From positions 21,501-53,500 of the forward strand of contig NZ_JAMXHU010000008.1 of the NCBI RefSeq assembly GCF_023955645.1: a DNA stretch of 32,000 nucleotides, in the 5' to 3' direction. Under the pieces are notes generated by a model, which saw only the letters and a program-made list of their open reading frames with translations, ran no database searches and was not told the origin of the DNA. A program made the translations under genes and the position numbers. Position 1 is the stretch's first letter. Each line of letters opens with the position of its first letter. Of the stretch, positions 18,206-26,199 are shown piece by piece. This DNA comes from Ralstonia mojiangensis. GTDB taxonomy: Bacteria; Pseudomonadota; Gammaproteobacteria; Burkholderiales; Burkholderiaceae.

Positions 18206-20985
18206 CGCGGTCTGCCGAGCCATCCCCCTTGCATGAGGTGCCCCTCGCGGCGCCGGTGGCGAGCCTTGCCGGCGTGAGCCTGCGCTACCGCAAGACGCTG
18301 GCGCTGGATGGCGTCACGCTTGACCTGCCTGGCGGCTGCATGGTCGGGCTGATCGGTCCGGACGGCGTGGGCAAGTCCAGCCTGCTGTCATTGGTGGCCG
18401 GCGCGCGTGCCCTGCAGGACGGTGCGGTACATGTGCTGGGCAGCGACATGGGCGACCACCGTGCGCGCGCGGCGGTCGGCCCACGCATTGCTTACATGCC
18501 GCAAGGGTTGGGGCGCAACCTGTACCCCACGCTGTCGATCGAGGAAAACCTGCAGTTCTTCGGGCGCCTGTTCGGCCACGATGCAGCGGAGCGCCGCCGC
18601 CGCATTGATGCCCTCACGGCCAGCACCGGCCTGCGGGCGTTTCTCTCGCGGCCTGCCGGCAAGCTGTCGGGTGGCATGAAGCAGAAGCTGGCGTTGTGCT
18701 GCGCGCTGATCCACGACCCGGACCTATTGATCCTGGACGAGCCGACCACGGGCGTCGACCCGCTCTCGCGCAGGCAGTTCTGGGACTTGATTGCCAGTAT
18801 TCGCGCCACGCGCCCGGGCATGAGCGTGATCGTGGCCACCGCGTACATGGAAGAGGCCGAACGCTTCGACTGGCTGGTCGCCATGGACGCGGGGCAGGTG
18901 CTCGCCACCGGCACACCGGCTGGCCTGCGCAGCCGTGCGGGTACCGATTCCCTCGAGGCCGCCTTCATTGCACTGCTTCCGCTGACGCGCCGGCAGGGGC
19001 ATCACGCCGTGGTCGTGCCGCCCCTGGTGGCCGGTGCAGAAGACGATGTTGCGGTGCAAGCGAACGGCCTGACCATGCGCTTTGGTGATTTTGTCGCGGT
19101 CGACCACGTCGACTTCCGCATCCGTCGTGGAGAGATCTTCGGCTTTCTCGGCTCGAACGGCTGCGGCAAATCGACCACCATGAAGATGCTCACCGGCCTG
19201 CTGCCTGCCAGCGAGGGCCAGGCGTGGCTGTTTGGCCATCCGGTCGACCCGAAAGACATCGACACACGCCGCCGCGTGGGGTACATGTCGCAGGCGTTCT
19301 CGCTGTATGGCGAGCTGACCGTGCGTCAGAACCTTGTGCTGCATGCGCGTCTGTTCCAGGTGCCCGAAGCCGAGGTGCAGTCGCGTGCGGCTGAGATGCT
19401 GACCCGCTTCGGCCTGCAGGAGGTGTCCGACAGCCTGCCTCAGAGCTTGCCGCTGGGCATGCGGCAGCGTTTGTCGCTGGCGGTGGCGATGGTGCACAAG
19501 CCGGAGCTGCTGATTCTGGATGAGCCGACCTCGGGCGTGGACCCGGTCGCGCGCGATATGTTCTGGCGCCTGATGATCGACCTCGCACGGCGGGATCGCG
19601 TGACCATCTTCATCTCCACGCACTTCATGAACGAGGCCGAGCGATGCGACCGCATCTCGCTCATGCACGCCGGCCGGGTGCTGGTAAGTGATGCGCCCGC
19701 TGCGCTGGTGCGCGCTCGCGGCACGCAGACGCTGGAGCAGGCGTTCGTAGTCTATCTGCAGGAGGCTGCCGAAGCGTCTGCGGGCACCGACGAGGTTGCT
19801 GCGCCGCTGCCGGTGCGCACGGCGGCGGCCAGCGCACCTGCCGGCATACCCGCCCGCCGCCGCTTCAGTCTTGCGCGCGCATTGAGCTATTCGCAACGTG
19901 AGGCGCTGGAGCTGCGCCGCGACCGCGTGCGCGCCACGCTGGCGCTGCTGGGCACGGCCATCCTTATGTTCATCATCGGATATGGCATCAGCCTGGACGT
20001 GGAGAACCTGACCTACGCCGTGCTGGACCGCGACCAGACCGTGCTCTCGCACGACTACACGCTCAACCTGGCGGGCTCGCGTTATTTCATCGAAAAACCC
20101 CCAATTCGCGACTACGCTGAGTTGGACCGCCGCATGCGCAACGGCGAGTTGTCGCTGGCGATTGAAATCCCGCCTGGCTTTGCACGCGACGTGGAACGCG
20201 GCGCGGCTGTCCAGATCGGTGCCTGGGTGGACGGTGCCATGCCCACCCGCGCCGAAACCGTGCGCGGTTACGTGCAGGCCATCCACCAGCTTTGGCTTGC
20301 GGATACTGCGGTGCACCGGCTGGGGGTGCGTCTGGCGGCGCCCAGCAGCATCGAAACGCGCTATCGCTACAACCCCGACGTGAGAAGCCTGCCTGCCATG
20401 GTGCCCGCCGTGATTCCGATGCTGCTGATGATGATTCCCGCCATGCTGGCGGCGTTGTCGGTGGTGCGCGAAAAGGAGTTGGGCTCCATCATTAATTTCT
20501 ACGTGACACCGGTCACTCGCGCGGAGTTCGTGCTTGGAAAGCAGTTGCCGTATATCGTGCTCGCCATGCTGAACTTCCTCTTGCTGGCACTGCTGGCAGT
20601 GACGGTGTTCGGTGTGCCGATCAAGGGCAGCTTTGCGACGCTCGCGTTGGGGGCGCTGATCTTCGTGACGTGTTCGACAGGTTTCGGGCTGTTTGCGTCC
20701 ACCTTCACGCAAAGCCAGATCGCGGCCATGTTCGTCACCATGATCGGCACGATCATTCCGTGCGTGCAATTTGCAGGGCTGCTCAATCCCGTGTCGTCGC
20801 TGGAAGGAGCGGGGGCCATGATCGGGCGTGTGTATCCCGCCACGCACTTCCTGACCATCAGCCGGGGCGTCTTCAGCAAGGCGCTGGATATGGGGGCGTT
20901 GGGCAGCGCCTTCTGGCCGCTCCTGGCGGCGGTGCCGGTCATCCTGGGCGCCACCTTGCTAATGCTGCGCAAGCAGGATCGGTAG
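18202..20985 (+). CDS. Fused ABC protein: two ATPase domains plus a C-terminal ABC-2 permease (RbbA/YhiH-like)
   Basis: Two Walker A motifs ([18 protein letters not shown]), two ABC signatures ([16 protein letters not shown]) and two Walker B motifs (LLILDEPT twice) are followed by six predicted TM helices. I prefer GTG 18202, which overlaps the HlyD stop (GTGA), over the track start at 18142. Confidence 0.9.
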   Translation: MTRSAEPSPLHEVPLAAPVASLAGVSLRYRKTLALDGVTLDLPGGCMVGLIGPDGVGKSSLLSLVAGARALQDGAVHVLGSDMGDHRARAAVGPRIAYMPQGLGRNLYPTLSIEENLQFFGRLFGHDAAERRRRIDALTASTGLRAFLSRPAGKLSGGMKQKLALCCALIHDPDLLILDEPTTGVDPLSRRQFWDLIASIRATRPGMSVIVATAYMEEAERFDWLVAMDAGQVLATGTPAGLRSRAGTDSLEAAFIALLPLTRRQGHHAVVVPPLVAGAEDDVAVQANGLTMRFGDFVAVDHVDFRIRRGEIFGFLGSNGCGKSTTMKMLTGLLPASEGQAWLFGHPVDPKDIDTRRRVGYMSQAFSLYGELTVRQNLVLHARLFQVPEAEVQSRAAEMLTRFGLQEVSDSLPQSLPLGMRQRLSLAVAMVHKPELLILDEPTSGVDPVARDMFWRLMIDLARRDRVTIFISTHFMNEAERCDRISLMHAGRVLVSDAPAALVRARGTQTLEQAFVVYLQEAAEASAGTDEVAAPLPVRTAAASAPAGIPARRRFSLARALSYSQREALELRRDRVRATLALLGTAILMFIIGYGISLDVENLTYAVLDRDQTVLSHDYTLNLAGSRYFIEKPPIRDYAELDRRMRNGELSLAIEIPPGFARDVERGAAVQIGAWVDGAMPTRAETVRGYVQAIHQLWLADTAVHRLGVRLAAPSSIETRYRYNPDVRSLPAMVPAVIPMLLMMIPAMLAALSVVREKELGSIINFYVTPVTRAEFVLGKQLPYIVLAMLNFLLLALLAVTVFGVPIKGSFATLALGALIFVTCSTGFGLFASTFTQSQIAAMFVTMIGTIIPCVQFAGLLNPVSSLEGAGAMIGRVYPATHFLTISRGVFSKALDMGALGSAFWPLLAAVPVILGATLLMLRKQDR

Positions 20986-20997
20986 GAGAGCCACGCC

Positions 20998-22149
20998 ATG
21001 CCGAGCCTTCAAGCTGATCGACGCACCGCCCGCCTGAATAACATCTTCCGCCTTGGTATCAAGGAGCTGCGAAGCCTGGCGCGCGACTCGATGATGCTGG
21101 TGTTGATCGTCTACACCTTCACCCTGTCGATCTACGTGGCGGCAACCGCCATGCCAGAGAGCCTGCACAATGCCTCGATCGCCATCGTTGATGAAGACAG
21201 CTCGCCGCTGTCGGCGCGCATTGTCTCGAGCTTCTATCCTCCGCATTTCCGCACGCCTGCGTTGATTCCGCTCACGGAGGTGGACCCGGGCATGGACAGC
21301 GGCCGCTATACGTTCGTGCTCGATATCCCGCCCAACTTCCAGCGCGATGTGCTGGCCGGACGCGCACCGTCCATCCAGCTCAACATCGACGCCACGCGGA
21401 TGAGCCAGGCCTTTACCGGCAACGGTTACATCCAGCAGATCGTTTCGGGCGAGGTGAGCACCTTCCTGCAGCGCCACCGCGCCGCGCCCGCCACACCGGT
21501 CGACCTGGTGCTGCGCACGCGCTTCAACCCCAACCTGGAGCAGACGTGGTTCGGCTCGTTGATGGAGATCATCAACAACGTCACCATGCTGTCGATCATC
21601 CTGACCGGCGCCGCACTCATCCGCGAACGCGAGCACGGCACGATCGAGCACCTGCTGGTGATGCCAGTCACGCCATTCGAGATCATGGTGTCCAAGGTCT
21701 GGTCGATGGGACTGGTGGTGGTGTTCGCCGCGCTGGTGGCGCTGGTGTTCGTGGTGCAGGGCGCGCTGCATGTACCGATCGAAGGCTCGATCCTGCTGTT
21801 CATGCTGGTGGCCACGCTGCATCTGTTTGCCACGACCTCCATGGGGATCTTTCTTGCGACGGTGGCGCGGTCCATGCCGCAGTTCGGCATGCTGCTGGTC
21901 CTGGTGCTGCTGCCACTGCAGTTGCTCTCGGGCGGCACCACCCCGCGCGAGAGCATGCCCAGCGTGGTGCAGGACATCATGCTGGCCGCGCCGACCACGC
22001 ATTTTGTATCGGCGTCGCAAGCCATTCTTTATCGCGGTGCGGGGCTCGAGGTCGTGTGGCCGCAATGTCTGGCCATCTGCGTCATCGGCACCGTGCTGTT
22101 TGTCGCATCATTGACGCGCTTTCGCCAAACCATCAGCCAGATGGCATAA
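20998..22149 (+). CDS. ABC-2 type transporter permease (YhhJ-like)
   Basis: The 383-aa ORF has an N-terminal TM, a large periplasmic loop and a C-terminal ABC-2 membrane domain. An AGGAGA RBS lies 12 nt after the preceding stop. Confidence 0.9.
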   Translation: MPSLQADRRTARLNNIFRLGIKELRSLARDSMMLVLIVYTFTLSIYVAATAMPESLHNASIAIVDEDSSPLSARIVSSFYPPHFRTPALIPLTEVDPGMDSGRYTFVLDIPPNFQRDVLAGRAPSIQLNIDATRMSQAFTGNGYIQQIVSGEVSTFLQRHRAAPATPVDLVLRTRFNPNLEQTWFGSLMEIINNVTMLSIILTGAALIREREHGTIEHLLVMPVTPFEIMVSKVWSMGLVVVFAALVALVFVVQGALHVPIEGSILLFMLVATLHLFATTSMGIFLATVARSMPQFGMLLVLVLLPLQLLSGGTTPRESMPSVVQDIMLAAPTTHFVSASQAILYRGAGLEVVWPQCLAICVIGTVLFVASLTRFRQTISQMA

Positions 22150-22158
22150 GGAGCCAAC

Positions 22159-22665
22159 ATGGATACACCTGCCAACGTGCCTCTCGCGCTCCAAAAGGCG
22201 CAGATCGCATTCGGATTGCAGGCATTGGGTCTGCTCAAGACAACACGGCAGCACTGGTATGCACTGGGCGCCGAGTTGCTCGCCCAAGACGTCGCCCGCA
22301 CCGAGTCTGCGCTGGCCGACCTGCAAAGCGTCGAGGACTGGAGCGCGTTTGCAGCACTGCTGCCCAACGCATTTTGGCAGGCCAGCCAGCGCACCATGGA
22401 TGTACTGCAAGGCGTGCTGCAGACGGCCATCTCGAACCAGTCGAGCCTCGTGGCGGATTACCAGCGCGTCATGCTGGAATGGCAACAGGCTTCCGTACGC
22501 GCGTTGAGCACGACCGGCAACGCCATGCCGGTCCATACAGCGCTGCAGGGCATGCTATCGGCGTGGGGCGTGCCGGGCGATGCATTGCTCCGCTCTGCAA
22601 CCGAGCGCTCAAATCCTGTCCGTACACCCGGCAAGGGCAACGGTCAGCTTCACAAAGCTTCCTGA
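22159..22665 (+). CDS. Hypothetical protein, tentatively phasin-family-like (PHA-granule-associated)
   Basis: The 168-aa ORF has a perfect AAGGAG RBS and lies 9 nt after the previous stop. It is predicted all-helical and Q/A/L-rich (LALQKAQIAFGLQALGLL...LADLQSVEDWSAFAALLPNAFWQASQRTMDVLQG), reminiscent of Phasin_2 proteins. The functional call rests only on composition and context. Confidence 0.55.
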   Translation: MDTPANVPLALQKAQIAFGLQALGLLKTTRQHWYALGAELLAQDVARTESALADLQSVEDWSAFAALLPNAFWQASQRTMDVLQGVLQTAISNQSSLVADYQRVMLEWQQASVRALSTTGNAMPVHTALQGMLSAWGVPGDALLRSATERSNPVRTPGKGNGQLHKAS

Positions 22666-22674
22666 CGAACACAC

Positions 22675-24120
22675 ATGGGCCCCGATCATCTGCCTGTACC
22701 GCCGGCGTTGCTACCGGCCGGCGATCTGAGCGTGGTGCGCAATCGCACCTTTGACGAAATTGCCATTGGCGACACGGTTGCCATCCTGCGCACGCTCACA
22801 GCGGAGGACATCCAACTTTTTGCCGTGTTGTCAGGGGACGTCAACCCGCAGCACCTGGATCCTGAGTTTGCCGCGTCCACGCGCTTTCACGGTGTGATTG
22901 CCCACGGCATGCTGGGCGGAGCGCTTATTTCCGCTTTGCTCGGCACGCGTTTGCCGGGGCCGGGAACGATCTACCTTGGGCAGACGCTGAGGTTCCTTGC
23001 ACCGGTGCGCATTGGCGACACCTTGACCATTCGCGTGACGGTGGTCAGCAAGGAGGATGAGAGAAAGCGGCTCAAGCTGGCATGCACGTGTACAAACGAC
23101 AGCGGCACAGTGGCCATCACGGGCGAGGCAGAGGTCATCGCGCCCACCGAGCGGATCGAGCGTCCGCGCACCACGCTGCCGGATGTGCGGATCACCACCG
23201 GCAGCGATGGCATCCATCGGTTGCTCGACCATGTGCGGCCTCTTGGTGCGATTCGTATGGCCATCGTCCACCCGTGCGATGCGCTGAGCCTTTCTGGCGT
23301 GATGGATGCGCATGCTGAAGGGCTGATCGTGCCTTGCCTCGTCGCCCCGTATGCCAAGCTGATGCGTGTAGCCGCCGAAGCCGGCCTCGACCTCAGCGGC
23401 ATCGAGATCGAAGACGTGCCGCACAGCAGTGCCGCTGCCACTCGCGCGGTGGAGCTTGTGACGCAGGGCAGGGCAGAGGCGCTGATGAAAGGCAGCCTGC
23501 ATACCGACGAGTTGATGGCGGCGGTGGTGCGCGAGGAGGCCGGACTGCGCACCAAACGTCGGATCAGCCATTGCTTCCTGATGCAGTCGCCCGCGTATCC
23601 GCGCCCGTTTATCGTGACGGATGCCGCCATCAACATCGCGCCGACCCTGGATCAAAAGGCTGACATCGTCCGCAACGCCATCGACCTGGCCCATGCGATC
23701 GGCGTTGAACGGCCTCGGGTGGCGATCCTTGCTGCGGTCGAGACCGTGAACCCGCGCATGCCTGCCACGCTCGATGCGGCCGCGCTATGCAAGATGGCGG
23801 ACCGCGGCCAGATTGAGGGCGGAGTGCTGGACGGGCCACTGGCTTTCGACAATGCGGTATCGGCTGCTGCCGCGCGCATCAAAGGCATTGTTTCGGAAGT
23901 GGCAGGGCAGGCCGATGTGCTGGTGGTGCCCGATCTGGAAAGCGGCAACATGCTCGCCAAACAGTTGGAATACCTGGGTGGCGCAGCCAGCGCAGGCATT
24001 GTGCTCGGCGCCCGCGTGCCCATTGTTTTGACCAGCCGCGCCGACTCGCGCGAATCGCGCATCGCGTCGTGCGCCCTTGCCACGTTGCTGGCCCACCGCT
24101 ACCGCAATCTACCGCCATGA
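22675..24120 (+). CDS. pta: Bifunctional MaoC-like (R)-specific enoyl-CoA hydratase / phosphate acetyl(butyryl)transferase
   Basis: The N-terminal hot-dog MaoC domain (FAVLSGDVNPQHLDPEFAASTRFHGVIAHGM) is fused to a PTA_PTB domain (AIVHPCD...MKGSLHTDELM...VLVVPDLESGNMLAKQL...TSRADS). It is 481 aa. Confidence 0.9.
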   Translation: MGPDHLPVPPALLPAGDLSVVRNRTFDEIAIGDTVAILRTLTAEDIQLFAVLSGDVNPQHLDPEFAASTRFHGVIAHGMLGGALISALLGTRLPGPGTIYLGQTLRFLAPVRIGDTLTIRVTVVSKEDERKRLKLACTCTNDSGTVAITGEAEVIAPTERIERPRTTLPDVRITTGSDGIHRLLDHVRPLGAIRMAIVHPCDALSLSGVMDAHAEGLIVPCLVAPYAKLMRVAAEAGLDLSGIEIEDVPHSSAAATRAVELVTQGRAEALMKGSLHTDELMAAVVREEAGLRTKRRISHCFLMQSPAYPRPFIVTDAAINIAPTLDQKADIVRNAIDLAHAIGVERPRVAILAAVETVNPRMPATLDAAALCKMADRGQIEGGVLDGPLAFDNAVSAAAARIKGIVSEVAGQADVLVVPDLESGNMLAKQLEYLGGAASAGIVLGARVPIVLTSRADSRESRIASCALATLLAHRYRNLPP

Positions 24121-25295
24121 ACGATTGCATCGTCGTACTGAACTGCGGCTCGTCGAGCATCAAGTTTGCAATGTTCGATGCCACCTTGCACCCATTGCCG
24201 CGTGTGCCCATGTGGAGCGGGAAAGTGGAGGGGATTGGCACTGATCACCCCACGGCGACGGAGGCTGGCGCGCCGACACAGGCGCTAGCGCTAGACAGCG
24301 CGCAGCCGTATCACGCCGCGCTCATGCACATTCGCCAGCGTGTCGAGCACAGGCTGGACGGCCGCCGCCTGATGGCTGTGGCGCATCGGGTGGTGCATGG
24401 CGGCTCCAAATACTTCGCGCCGGTACGCGTGAACGCCGATGTGCTGTCCGATCTGCGCAGCTACATTCCGCTGGCGCCGCTGCATCAGCCGTTTGCGTTG
24501 GAGGCCATCGAGGCGCTGCTGTCGGACTTGCCCGATGTGCCGCAAGTCGCGTGCTTCGATACCGCGTTCCACCGCACGCTGCCGCAGGTTGAGACGATGC
24601 TGCCGCTGCCGTACACGGCATGGGAGCGCGGTCTGCGTCGTTATGGCTTTCATGGGTTGTCGTACGAGTACATGTCGATTGCTTTGCAGGAACGGCATGG
24701 CGACATCGCACTCGGGCGAACCATCGTCGCGCACCTGGGCAGTGGCGCCAGCCTGTGTGCAATGCACGGGCTGAAGAGCGTGGCCACAACGATGGGGTTT
24801 TCCGCCCTCGATGGCCTGATGATGGGGACGCGATGTGGCGCGCTTGATCCGGGTGCAGTGCTCTACATGATGGAAACGGAGCATCTTTCCCCCACGCAGG
24901 TTGGGCACGTGCTGTATCACGAATCGGGCCTGCTTGGGGTGTCAGGGCTGTCTTCCGACCCGCGCGACATCATTGCGCACGAGGCTGACAACCCGCGCGC
25001 GCAAGCGGCGCTCGCGCTCTATGTGCGCCGGATCGTCCGCGAGATCGGCGCCTTGGTGGCAGTACTCGGCGGCCTGGATTTTCTCGTCTTCACGGCGGGT
25101 ATTGGCGAGCACAACGCCGTACTGCGCGAGCGCATTGTGGGTGGACTTGGTTATTTGGGTGCCAATCTGGATGACGAGGCCAACCAAGCGCACGCAGCAG
25201 TCATTTCCACTTCAGCGAGCCGGATTCGCGTGGCGGTAGAGCCTACAAACGAGGAGTGGGTGGCAGCACGGCATGCCGTCAAGCTGTGCTCATAA
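24117..25295 (+). CDS. ackA: Acetate (short-chain acyl) kinase
   Basis: From ATG 24117 the product begins MNDCIVVLNCGSSSIKFAMF. It also has HRVVHGG, FDTAFH, YGFHGLSYEY and FTAGIGEHN. The start overlaps the pta stop (ATGA). The track start at 24069 is an extension. Confidence 0.9.
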   Translation: MNDCIVVLNCGSSSIKFAMFDATLHPLPRVPMWSGKVEGIGTDHPTATEAGAPTQALALDSAQPYHAALMHIRQRVEHRLDGRRLMAVAHRVVHGGSKYFAPVRVNADVLSDLRSYIPLAPLHQPFALEAIEALLSDLPDVPQVACFDTAFHRTLPQVETMLPLPYTAWERGLRRYGFHGLSYEYMSIALQERHGDIALGRTIVAHLGSGASLCAMHGLKSVATTMGFSALDGLMMGTRCGALDPGAVLYMMETEHLSPTQVGHVLYHESGLLGVSGLSSDPRDIIAHEADNPRAQAALALYVRRIVREIGALVAVLGGLDFLVFTAGIGEHNAVLRERIVGGLGYLGANLDDEANQAHAAVISTSASRIRVAVEPTNEEWVAARHAVKLCS

Positions 25296-25752
25296 GGTTT
25301 TTTGGGGAAATCGCTGATTTCCAGGGCCTGCTGTCGTGTCGCGAGGATGCATCGTATTTATTTAACATAACACAAATAGGTTGAGTCCTCGATTGGCTCA
25401 ACGGCGCGGCTTCGGCGGGTGAGGGTGTCACAAAATTTGTGACACCTAGGCCGACCGCAACGAGGAGGGCGACCAGGCCGCTATGCGCCATCCTCGGTGA
25501 AAAAACTTCCCACAACGATCGCTGGCCAGCTCGTTCGGCGCGGTCAGCGTCTGCTGCCATGATGATCGGCAGCGGGTTCTCCATTCCCAGCTCGAGGGCA
25601 ACGCGCAGACATTGCTCGTTGTCCATGATTCGCAGGCCTTTCCGGTAATTGTTGACGGCACTGTGCGACCAGCCCATGTGCTCGCACAGTGCTTTGTCGG
25701 TCTTCAGGCCGTGTCGCTCGATCACGGCATCCAGGTACTTCACGCTTTTCAT
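25279..25752 (-). CDS. Prophage HTH repressor-like protein with a predicted TM segment; the ORF crosses the dif-like junction
   Basis: From ATG 25752 (RBS AAGAGGGG) the product begins MKSVKYLDAVIERHGLKTDKALCEHMGWSHSAVNNYRKGLRIMDNEQCLRVALELG, an HTH. A hydrophobic stretch (GLVALLVAVGLGVTNFV) follows. Codons ICVMLNKYD are encoded by the dif-like site. The 3' end overlaps the ackA 3' end by 17 nt. It is divergent from the phage replication genes. Confidence 0.7.
   Translation of the reverse strand: MKSVKYLDAVIERHGLKTDKALCEHMGWSHSAVNNYRKGLRIMDNEQCLRVALELGMENPLPIIMAADADRAERAGQRSLWEVFSPRMAHSGLVALLVAVGLGVTNFVTPSPAEAAPLSQSRTQPICVMLNKYDASSRHDSRPWKSAISPKNLMSTA
25360..25387 (-). other. dif-like XerC/XerD recombination site (candidate attL/attR junction)
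   Basis: The plus strand reads ATTTAACATAA-CACAAA-TAGGTTGAGTC. The first 11 nt are the exact reverse complement of the E. coli dif XerD arm (TTATGTTAAAT), followed by a 6-nt spacer. The arm at the XerC position, on the phage side, is degenerate. Confidence 0.6.
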
Positions 25753-25771
25753 GGTCGACACCCCTCTTGTT

Positions 25772-25824
25772 AATCCACGATCCGTGGATTAATCTACGGT
25801 CCGTGGATTCACGGAACGTGGATT
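25772..25824. promoter_or_regulatory. Tripartite palindromic operator array in the repressor/replication divergent region
   Basis: O1 is AATCCACG-atc-CGTGGATT (25772-25790, perfect). O2 is AATCTACG-gtc-CGTGGATT (25791-25809). O3 is GATTCACG-gaa-CGTGGATT (25806-25824). CGTGGATT therefore recurs three times. The array lies 20 nt from the repressor start codon. Confidence 0.5.
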
Positions 25825-25864
25825 TAGACGAAATATAACCGGTTAACCGGGCAGGGGGTAAACG

Positions 25865-26080
25865 ATGCAGCAGAGAGACCACAGGCAGCTTGACCTGGTC
25901 GGCGGCCTTCAGCACCCGCACCAGGCACAGATCCTCCACGTCCTCGGCTCCTGCCGTGACATCCACCCCAGCTATTACTGCGATCGCGACGAGGCTCTTC
26001 GTCGCATGTCTGAGCTCGTGCACAGCCACGCTGGTGCCGATGCTGAGCTGCCCGACGTTCTCGCGGATCGGTACTGCTGA
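25865..26080 (+). CDS. Prophage small hypothetical protein (71 aa), first gene of the rightward transcription unit
   Basis: An AGGGGG RBS lies 6-7 nt upstream of the ATG. Third-codon positions are strongly G/C/T-biased in this frame. Its stop overlaps the next ATG (TGATG). Confidence 0.4.
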   Translation: MQQRDHRQLDLVGGLQHPHQAQILHVLGSCRDIHPSYYCDRDEALRRMSELVHSHAGADAELPDVLADRYC

Positions 26081-26199
26081 TGCGCTGCGCCCATTTCGTT
26101 CTGTGCGTTTGGTTCTTGTTCGGCTTGCTGTGTGTTTGCGCCGGTGTCGGCCTGGCCGTTGTCGCCTTTTGCAAGGCTTTCTCTCTGGTGGTGGGCTGA
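26080..26199 (+). CDS. Prophage 39-aa hydrophobic Cys-rich miniprotein (below the ORF-track threshold)
   Basis: It translates as MRCAHFVLCVWFLFGLLCVCAGVGLAVVAFCKAFSLVVG. Both ends are TGATG overlaps, with the 71-aa ORF upstream and Rep downstream, which suggests translational coupling. Confidence 0.3.
   Translation: MRCAHFVLCVWFLFGLLCVCAGVGLAVVAFCKAFSLVVG

Noticed and set aside
18724-20847. A 707-aa minus-strand ORF, plus many other long antisense ORFs (e.g. 584-1135, 1673-2503, 6671-7876, 8917-10386, 12052-13131, 20959-22065, 21546-22754, 22831-23694)
   Set aside because: Their translations are Arg/His/Gly/Gln-rich and low in complexity, with no recognisable motifs. Each lies exactly opposite a gene with clear family signatures. 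These are typical stop-codon-poor shadow ORFs of high-GC DNA.
25306-25322. Hairpin GGAAATC-gct-GATTTCC just after the ackA stop, considered as an ackA terminator
   Set aside because: It has no downstream U-tract on either strand (the T-run precedes it) and the stem is short and AT-rich. I cannot support a terminator call. It also lies inside the junction-spanning repressor ORF.
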